Below the pieces are notes generated by a model. That model did not search any database, was not told where the DNA came from, and saw nothing but the letters and a program-made list of their open reading frames with translations. From an uncultured bacterium (GTDB lineage: Bacteria > Abyssobacteria > SURF-5), in NCBI GenBank assembly GCA_964510165.1, contig CAZEBC010000111.1, forward strand, positions 1 through 13,379: a DNA stretch of 13,379 bases, read 5' to 3'. The position numbers and the translations under genes are program-made. Positions 7,380-13,379 of the stretch are shown one piece after another. Position 1 is the first letter of the stretch, and every line of letters starts with the position of its first letter.

Positions 7380-8693
7380 ATGGGTCAACGCGCACCAAAA
7401 GGGATAAGACTTCACATCGGGTTGTTCGGCAGGCGCAACGTCGGCAAGTCGAGCCTGCTGAACGCGATCACCCGCCAACAAGTGTCCATCGTCTCGGACC
7501 AGGCGGGCACAACGACCGACCCGGTCGAAAAGCCTATGGAATTGCTCCCGCTCGGGCCGGTGCTTTTCATTGATACCGCCGGGATAGACGACGTGGGCGC
7601 CCTCGGGGAATTGCGCGTTCAGAAAACGCGACAAGTCTTTGACCGCACAGATGTCGGCGTGATCGTCAGCGAGCCGCAAAGTTGGGGCGCGTTCGAGGAG
7701 CAGCTCCTCCACCGACTGACGTCACAGAACATCCCCGTGATCGTCGTGTTCAACAAGATTGACCTCATGCCGCCAGACCCCGAAATGGTCGCTCGCCTGA
7801 AATCGCAGAACATTCGCATTGTGGAGACCGCCGCTTCCTTGAATATGGGAATGCTCGACTTCCGCCAGGCGCTCCTTGACGCGGCGCCGCCCGAGTTCCT
7901 GAGTAATCCCGCGATCCTTGCGGACCTGGTTGGCCCCGGAGAGATGGCGGTGCTCGTGGTCCCGATCGACAAGGAAGCGCCCAAGGGACGGTTGATCCTT
8001 CCACAAGTCCAGGCGATCCGCGACCTGCTTGACAACGACGCCTTCTGCACCGTAGTAAAGGAGCGTGAGCTTCAGACCGCGCTCGACAGGTTAACTGAAC
8101 CGCCGAAGCTTGTGGTGACCGATTCGCAGGTGTTCCTGAAAGTGGCCGCCGACACGCCGCGCGACATCAAGCTGACCTCTTTCTCCATCCTGTATGCAAG
8201 GTACAAGGGAGACCTGCTCGAGCAGGTCAGCGGCACACTGGCAATCGAACGCCTCAGGCCGGGCGACCGGATTCTCATTGCGGAAGCGTGCTCTCATCAC
8301 CCCATCGCAGAAGATATCGGGCGCGTGAAAATACCCCGGTGGCTGACTCAGTATGTGGGCGGAAAGCTGGAGTTCACAACGATTCAGGGACATGACTTTC
8401 CTGAAGACCTGTTCAAATACAGTCTTGTGGTTCACTGCGGGGCCTGCATGATAAACCGACGCGAGATGCTGACCAGGTTGATGCGATGTCGGGAATTGAG
8501 CGTGCCCATTACGAATTATGGACTCGTTATCGCGTATTCGTTGGACATTTTCGAGCGCGCCTTGGAGCCGTTCCCGGCCGCGCTCGAGTTCTATCGCAAA
8601 CAAAGAAAAGAGCATGATGCATTATCACGAAATACTCGCCTGGCTCAAGGAGAAAGACACAGGCAGGCTGCTGGACCTCTGGCGGCGGGCTGA
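7380..8693 (+). CDS. hydF: [FeFe]-hydrogenase H-cluster maturation GTPase HydF
   Basis: G1 GRRNVGKSS, GTTTDPV, G3 DTAG, G4 NKID, APKGRLILPQVQ, VVTDSQ, and Fe-S ligands EACSHH...HCGACM. The 3' end runs 80 nt into hydE. Confidence 0.96.
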   Translation: MGQRAPKGIRLHIGLFGRRNVGKSSLLNAITRQQVSIVSDQAGTTTDPVEKPMELLPLGPVLFIDTAGIDDVGALGELRVQKTRQVFDRTDVGVIVSEPQSWGAFEEQLLHRLTSQNIPVIVVFNKIDLMPPDPEMVARLKSQNIRIVETAASLNMGMLDFRQALLDAAPPEFLSNPAILADLVGPGEMAVLVVPIDKEAPKGRLILPQVQAIRDLLDNDAFCTVVKERELQTALDRLTEPPKLVVTDSQVFLKVAADTPRDIKLTSFSILYARYKGDLLEQVSGTLAIERLRPGDRILIAEACSHHPIAEDIGRVKIPRWLTQYVGGKLEFTTIQGHDFPEDLFKYSLVVHCGACMINRREMLTRLMRCRELSVPITNYGLVIAYSLDIFERALEPFPAALEFYRKQRKEHDALSRNTRLAQGERHRQAAGPLAAG

Positions 8694-9687
8694 CGAGGTC
8701 AGGCGGCAATATGTCGGTGACCAGGTCCACCTGCGCGGACTGGTGGAAATCTCGAACCACTGCGTCCGCCAGTGCGGCTACTGCGGCCTGCGAGCCGGGA
8801 ACACGAATCTTGAGCGCTACCGAATGAGTGAGGCCGAAATCCTGGCCTGCGCCCACGAAACCCAAAGGCGCGGCTATGGCACGCTCGTCATTCAATCCGG
8901 CGAGGACTACGGCATCTCGGCTGACTGGCTCGCGGGAATCATTCGCCGGATCAAAAGTGAAACTCCTCTCGCCGTCACGCTCAGCATGGGAGAGCGGCCG
9001 GATAAGGACTTGGAGATGTGGCGATGGGCCGGAGCGGACCGTTATCTTCTTCGGTTCGAGACCTCCGACGCCGAACTCTACCGTCTCATCCATCCCTCGC
9101 TTCCGGGAAGCTTTGACCGCATAGCCGTTCTGCGCTCGCTCCGCTCGATGGGATACGAGATCGGAGGAGGCGTCATGGTGGGCATTCCCGGACAGACGTA
9201 CACAAGTCTGGCGAGCGACATCGAAGTCTTCTGCGAATTGGACCTCGATATGATCGGGGTTGGGCCATACATTCCACACCCGAATACTCCGCTCGGACGT
9301 GGCGAATGGAGGAGGGAAATTCCGGAGGGCGAACAGGTTCCCGCCACGGCGGAGATGACCTATAAGGTTCTGGCTCTCGCTCGCATCGCGTGTCCGGAAG
9401 CAAATATTCCGGCCACAACCGCACTGGCAACCGTCAATAAAGCCAACGGCCGGGAACTGGGCCTGATGCGCGGGGCGAATGTCATCATGCCGAACTTGAC
9501 CCCGCCTCAATATCGCGAGAAGTACGAGCTTTACCCCGGGAAGGTGTGCCTCAAGAGTGCGCCGCAGGAATGCCACCCCTGCCTGATTCGAACAATTCAG
9601 GCTTTGGGCCGGCTGCCCGGCCTGGGACCGGGCAGTCGGCGCCATCGCGTTCCGGAGCATTGCGGTTATGACGTAACCGGCTGCTGA
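8614..9687 (+). CDS. hydE: [FeFe]-hydrogenase H-cluster radical SAM maturase HydE
   Basis: VHLRGLVEISNHCVRQCGYC (CxxxCxxC), GADRYLLRFET, MVGIPGQT, DMIGVGPYIPHPNTP, NIPATTAL, GANVIMPN, YELYPGK and C-terminal Cx7Cx2C. The start is likely ATG 8614 or 8617 rather than 8518, because the upstream part of that ORF is a shadow of hydF. Confidence 0.93.
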   Translation: MMHYHEILAWLKEKDTGRLLDLWRRADEVRRQYVGDQVHLRGLVEISNHCVRQCGYCGLRAGNTNLERYRMSEAEILACAHETQRRGYGTLVIQSGEDYGISADWLAGIIRRIKSETPLAVTLSMGERPDKDLEMWRWAGADRYLLRFETSDAELYRLIHPSLPGSFDRIAVLRSLRSMGYEIGGGVMVGIPGQTYTSLASDIEVFCELDLDMIGVGPYIPHPNTPLGRGEWRREIPEGEQVPATAEMTYKVLALARIACPEANIPATTALATVNKANGRELGLMRGANVIMPNLTPPQYREKYELYPGKVCLKSAPQECHPCLIRTIQALGRLPGLGPGSRRHRVPEHCGYDVTGC

Positions 9688-11855
9688 ACCGTCTTATCGC
9701 TGCGCTGGGCTTCTTCTCCTGTCATTCCCGCCTCTGCCGGTCGTTCCAAGAGAATTCTGCTGTCTGCGACGACACATCCTTTTCCCGCAGGATAGACTAT
9801 CAATGGGTTGATGTCGAGTTCAGCGATCTCCGGATGGTCGGTGACCAACTGGGAAAGGCGAAGTATGCAGTCTTTGATTGCGTCGATATCGGAGGCCGGA
9901 GTCCCGCGTACCCCCGTCAATATCTTGTATGCCTTGATCGAACGTATCATGATCTCGGCGCTTATCTCCCACATCGGGGCCAGCCGGAAGGTGACATCCT
10001 TCATGACTTCGACAAATGTGCCGCCGAGGCCGAACATGCAGATGGGTCCGAATTTCACGTCTCGCGCGGCGCCAAGTATCACCTCCACTCCGCCGCGCGC
10101 CATCTTTTCCACCAGCACCGTGCGAGCCTCGGCCATCGGATTGTACCTGTTTACATTCTCCAGGATTTCCTTATATGCCTTGTGCGCCTGGCGGGCCGAG
10201 TTGATCCTCAGCTTGACGCCGCCGGCATCAAACTTGTGGATTATGTCGGGCGAGCAGATTTTCATTGCCACGGGCGGCCCGACTTCGGCAAGTGCGGCTT
10301 CAATTTCCGATGGGTCGCTGACGAGCACACTCTTCAAGACCGGGAATCCGTAGCACTGGAGCACTTCATTTGCTTCTTTCTCGTGCATAAAGTATCGAGT
10401 CTTGCCCCGGAGTTTTTCGGCGATTATCTGGGACGCAGCGTGGAAATCGGCGGCGACCCTGTGTATTTCGCGCTTCTCCAACGCGAGGCGGGTGCCGAAG
10501 CGTTCCATCGAGGCTAGTGCCCTCACAGCCTCCTCCGGAAACTCGTAGTTCGGAACGCCATGCTGTTCCAGATATTTCACGCCTTCCGACACGTCAACCA
10601 CTCCCATGAACGAGCACAGAACCGGCTTGTCTATGCCAGCGGTCACCCGTGGCACAATTTCGGCCGTCTCCACGATATCGGTCATTGCCTGAGGCGTGAG
10701 GATGATGATTGCGCCATCAACGCCTTCGTCCATCAATATGTCGCGGATTGCGCACTCGTACCGCTCATGGGTCGCGTCTCCGATTATGTCAACCGGATTG
10801 TCGGTGCTCGCGGTTGCGGGCAAGTGCTCCCTCAGCTTCTCTCGGGTCTGCTCGGAAAGCGTGGCGAGTTTCAGCCCGTGACGGACCGCCGCGTCGGTCG
10901 TCATGATGCCGGGGCCGCCCGCATTCGTGATTACGGCGATTCTATTCCCTTTCGGCACGGGTTGATTTGCAAACGCGACCGCGTAGTTGAAGAGCTCCTC
11001 GGTACCCTCCACCCTTTGAATCCCGCTCTGCAGGAAAATGGCGTCATATGCCAGGTCGGACCCTGCCAGCGAGCCGGTGTGTGACGCCGCCGCGCGGGCG
11101 CCCTCGGGCGAGCGTCCCGATTTGATGGCCAGGATGGGTTTGCGCGCGCCCCACGTGATTTCCCTGGCCGTCTCGATAAATTCCCGTCCGTCGGTTATGT
11201 CCTCGAGATACATGAGAATGACGTGAGTCTCGGGGTCATCCCTCAGGTACCGCAACAAATCGGCCTCGTTCACGTCGGCCTTGTTCCCGAAACTGATAAA
11301 TTTTGAGAAACCGATGCCTTCTCCCTCTGCGAAATCGAGCACCGCCGTGCCCAACGCGCCGGACTGCGAAATGAAGGCGATGTTGCCATGCTTGGGCATC
11401 TTGCGCGCAAAGCTGGCATTCATCTGTATGCCGGGATTCGTGTTGATGATTCCGAGACAATTCGGCCCGATGAGCCGCAGGTTGCGGCTCCGCACGAAGT
11501 CCTTCAGGGCTGACTCAAGCTCGGCGCCGTGTCCTCGAATCTCCTTGAAGCCGGCGCTTATCACAACGATGCCCTGCACCTGCTTTTCGGCGGCTTCTTT
11601 GACAACCGACAGCACCGATTCCGCCGGAACGATGATGACCGCCAACTCGATTTCATCGGGGACTTCCGCCAAACGAGGATATGCCCTGACTCCGTGGATC
11701 GACTTGGCCTTCGGGTTCACGGGATAAAGGACGCCTTGATAGCCTCCGTTGAGCAGATTCCCGAAGATTGCCTGACCGACGCTGCCAGGCCGATTTGTCG
11801 CTCCCACTACCGCGATTGATTTGGGATTAAGTATTCGTTCTATGTCTTTGCTCAT
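9666..11855 (-). CDS. ADP-forming acetate/acyl-CoA ligase, fused alpha-beta type (Acd family), about 729 aa
   Basis: N-terminal PKSIAVVGA CoA-binding fold, LIGPNCLG, ISQSGALG, SFGNKADV, catalytic AASHTGSLAG, ITNAGGPGIM, NPVDIIGDA. C-terminal ATP-grasp with IIHKFDAGGV, FGPICMFGLGG and ELDINPL. No GNAT domain. Start placed at ATG 11855 (MSKDIERIL) on family length. Substrate specificity is not determinable. Confidence 0.9.
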   Translation of the reverse strand: MSKDIERILNPKSIAVVGATNRPGSVGQAIFGNLLNGGYQGVLYPVNPKAKSIHGVRAYPRLAEVPDEIELAVIIVPAESVLSVVKEAAEKQVQGIVVISAGFKEIRGHGAELESALKDFVRSRNLRLIGPNCLGIINTNPGIQMNASFARKMPKHGNIAFISQSGALGTAVLDFAEGEGIGFSKFISFGNKADVNEADLLRYLRDDPETHVILMYLEDITDGREFIETAREITWGARKPILAIKSGRSPEGARAAASHTGSLAGSDLAYDAIFLQSGIQRVEGTEELFNYAVAFANQPVPKGNRIAVITNAGGPGIMTTDAAVRHGLKLATLSEQTREKLREHLPATASTDNPVDIIGDATHERYECAIRDILMDEGVDGAIIILTPQAMTDIVETAEIVPRVTAGIDKPVLCSFMGVVDVSEGVKYLEQHGVPNYEFPEEAVRALASMERFGTRLALEKREIHRVAADFHAASQIIAEKLRGKTRYFMHEKEANEVLQCYGFPVLKSVLVSDPSEIEAALAEVGPPVAMKICSPDIIHKFDAGGVKLRINSARQAHKAYKEILENVNRYNPMAEARTVLVEKMARGGVEVILGAARDVKFGPICMFGLGGTFVEVMKDVTFRLAPMWEISAEIMIRSIKAYKILTGVRGTPASDIDAIKDCILRLSQLVTDHPEIAELDINPLIVYPAGKGCVVADSRILLERPAEAGMTGEEAQRSDKTVQQPVTS

Positions 11856-12906
11856 GGTGATTATCCGAATTGATGAAAGCGCCACCATTGTATGCGCATA
11901 CGCGATTGCGTCCCTGGGCTTTGGCCTGGTAGAGCGCATTGTCGGCGTGCTTTATTATTGCAAGGGCGTTGTCGCCGTGTACGGGGAAGACCGCCAGTCC
12001 AATGCTTACCGTCAACTTCCTCTGGGGCAGGTTGTTCTCATACTGAAACTGAGTCGTTGAAACGCGCTGCCTGATGAGATTGGCTCTCACCAACGCCTCC
12101 GGCACGCTGATCTCGGTCAAGAGCACGGCAAATTCGTCGCCGCCGAACCGGGCGGCTATATCCGAGGCCCGCGTGCTCTCCTTCAGCAGGCGGCCGAGCT
12201 TTATGAGCGCGATGTCCCCGATGAGGTGACCGTTCAAGTCGTTGTATGTCTTGAAACCATCCACGTCCAATATGAGAAGTCCGAACGAGCGTCTGCACCG
12301 CTCGCAACGGTGACACTCTTGAGCAAGGAAATGCTCGAACGTCCGTCGGTTGAACAACGAGGTCAATCCATCAACGTGGGCGAGCCGCTTGAGGCATTTC
12401 CGGTCGCGCGCCTTCGACATGGCCACAGCCACCTGTTTGGCGAGCCCGGGCCTAAGGATGAAGCCCTCGGCGCCCCGTTTAATGCATTCGACAGCGAGGT
12501 CAACGTTGCCTGTCGAAGCCACAACGAAAATCTCCGTCTCCGGGGAGATATCCCTGGCGATGGCGAGCAGTTCGCAGTTGTCGATTCCCGGAGCGCCGAG
12601 GTCCGCAAAAACGACGTCATATGCACATTCACGCATGCTGGCCACGGCCTGGGCGGTATTGTCCAGGGCAGTCACCCGGGCGCCGCACTTCCTTGCTGCC
12701 TCGACAATAAGCGACGATTCCTCTCGGTCTCGATCCAGAACGAGCACATTCTGTGTCTGATCAGGCCCGAAACTGAGCATCTCCTTCCAGCTCCACGAAC
12801 GCGCGGCAGGCTGCTCCAATGGCCCGGCACTATTCTGCTCGGAGACCTTGCGTTGAAGATGCATCGATGCCCTCGCATCCTTTGTCTGTTCCGGGACCCC
12901 GTCCAT
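11827..12906 (-). CDS. Diguanylate cyclase with a degenerate N-terminal receiver domain (REC-GGDEF)
   Basis: DGLTSLFNRR, LDVDGFKTYNDLNGHLIGD, I-site RASD, A-site RFGGDEF, TVSIG, ADNALYQAKAQGRN. REC-like region NVLVLDRD...YDVVFADL...GAEGFILRP. Start uncertain (ATG 12906 chosen; TTG 12942 or downstream ATGs possible). Confidence 0.9.
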   Translation of the reverse strand: MDGVPEQTKDARASMHLQRKVSEQNSAGPLEQPAARSWSWKEMLSFGPDQTQNVLVLDRDREESSLIVEAARKCGARVTALDNTAQAVASMRECAYDVVFADLGAPGIDNCELLAIARDISPETEIFVVASTGNVDLAVECIKRGAEGFILRPGLAKQVAVAMSKARDRKCLKRLAHVDGLTSLFNRRTFEHFLAQECHRCERCRRSFGLLILDVDGFKTYNDLNGHLIGDIALIKLGRLLKESTRASDIAARFGGDEFAVLLTEISVPEALVRANLIRQRVSTTQFQYENNLPQRKLTVSIGLAVFPVHGDNALAIIKHADNALYQAKAQGRNRVCAYNGGAFINSDNHHEQRHRTNT

Positions 12907-12922
12907 GTGGTACGCTCGTTCC

Positions 12923-13219
12923 TTACGATTTGTCGCTGACAACGAGAATTCGGCCGCAGAATTCGCAGCACGTGACTGAATTCTTGTAACGCAACATCGC
13001 GTGTGTCGCCGGGTAGATCATCCGGCACGCACTGCATTGGCTGTCACGCATGACGGCGACTCCGCTGCCTTTGCGCTCCTTCAGGTTTCGGTATCGCCTT
13101 CGGAGAGATGGGTCCAGATGGGTGACGAGTTTCTCGGAATCGGCCCCGTTTGAGCCCTTGCAGCCGGACTCCAGCCTATGCAGTTCCAGCAGCAGATCAA
13201 CCTGGCTTGTTGTTGTCAT
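12923..13219 (-). CDS. Small C4-type zinc-ribbon protein (zf-RING_7/DUF164-like), 98 aa
   Basis: LRRRYRNLKERKGSGVAVMRDSQCSACRM...TCCEFCGRILV matches the Y..i...k.g.av......C.gC.m......CxxCGRIL pattern of this family. A purine-rich GAAAGGG lies 7 nt upstream of the ATG. Confidence 0.8.
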   Translation of the reverse strand: MTTTSQVDLLLELHRLESGCKGSNGADSEKLVTHLDPSLRRRYRNLKERKGSGVAVMRDSQCSACRMIYPATHAMLRYKNSVTCCEFCGRILVVSDKS

Positions 13220-13245
13220 TTGGTTACCCTTTCATGCATTAAACG

Positions 13246-13379
13246 CTATCGGGTGACGATAGCGTGTCGTCCGCGCCTTTCCCGTGTAGTGGGAATGGTG
13301 AACTGTGCAGACGCGAGAACATTGCCCTTCGGGATCACCACGATCCCCTTCTCCGTGACCGTGAACCGCCTCCTGTCCT
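13246..13379 (-). CDS. glgC: 3' end of a probable glucose-1-phosphate adenylyltransferase (partial, runs off the window; not in the ORF track)
   Basis: Manual translation of the minus strand from 13377 gives DRRRFTVTEKGIVVIPKGNVLASAQFTIPTTRERRGRHAIVTR*. The DRxRFTVTExGIVV(I/V)PKG segment is the characteristic GlgC C-terminus. Only 43 residues are visible. Confidence 0.75.
   Translation of the reverse strand, partial: DRRRFTVTEKGIVVIPKGNVLASAQFTIPTTRERRGRHAIVTR

Noticed and set aside
8518-8613. Extended N-termini given by the ORF track (hydE from 8518; also REC from 3512 and ligase from 11939)
   Set aside because: The extensions are non-homologous, and for hydE and the ligase they lie within neighbouring genes. 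Downstream ATGs fit family starts or SD sites better.
5953-9687. ThiH and BioB/PylB interpretations of the two radical SAM genes
   Set aside because: The HydG-specific C-terminal Cx2Cx22C, HydE-type motifs and the position around hydF beside hydA support maturase assignments.
9666-11855. Protein lysine acetyltransferase (Pat/PatZ) interpretation of the CoA-ligase-like gene
   Set aside because: No GNAT domain, and the catalytic His motifs (SHTG, IHK) are present, favouring a true ADP-forming ligase.
1-13379. CRISPR arrays, tRNA/rRNA, IS elements, selenocysteine read-through
   Set aside because: No periodic repeats, RNA-gene signatures or transposase motifs were seen, and no in-frame TGA interrupts a conserved Cys position in the identified genes.

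Overview
GC-rich bacterial window, most likely from an anaerobe (taxon not determinable from sequence alone), made of two convergent gene arms with almost no intergenic DNA. The plus arm (1-9687) is a self-contained [FeFe]-hydrogenase locus. It carries the 3' part of a NuoF/HydB-type subunit fused to a GltD/NfnB-like flavoprotein, a group A HydA catalytic subunit, a stand-alone receiver protein, a 6-TM/GAF histidine kinase, and the maturases hydG, hydF and hydE. The minus arm (13379-9666) carries the 3' end of a probable glgC, a shortened C4 zinc-ribbon protein, a REC-GGDEF diguanylate cyclase and a fused ADP-forming acetate/acyl-CoA ligase whose 3' end overlaps hydE. The most notable points are three. 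First, a two-component pair with no output domain sits between hydA and the maturases, and its kinase has a RegB/PilS-like membrane motif and an atypical H-box. Second, the HydB-GltD fusion has a circularly permuted Fe-S site and an NADP(H)-type fingerprint. Third, glycogen, c-di-GMP, acetate/ATP and H2 functions are co-located. No RNA genes, CRISPR arrays or mobile elements were seen. All assignments come from motif recognition by eye; no database searches were run.
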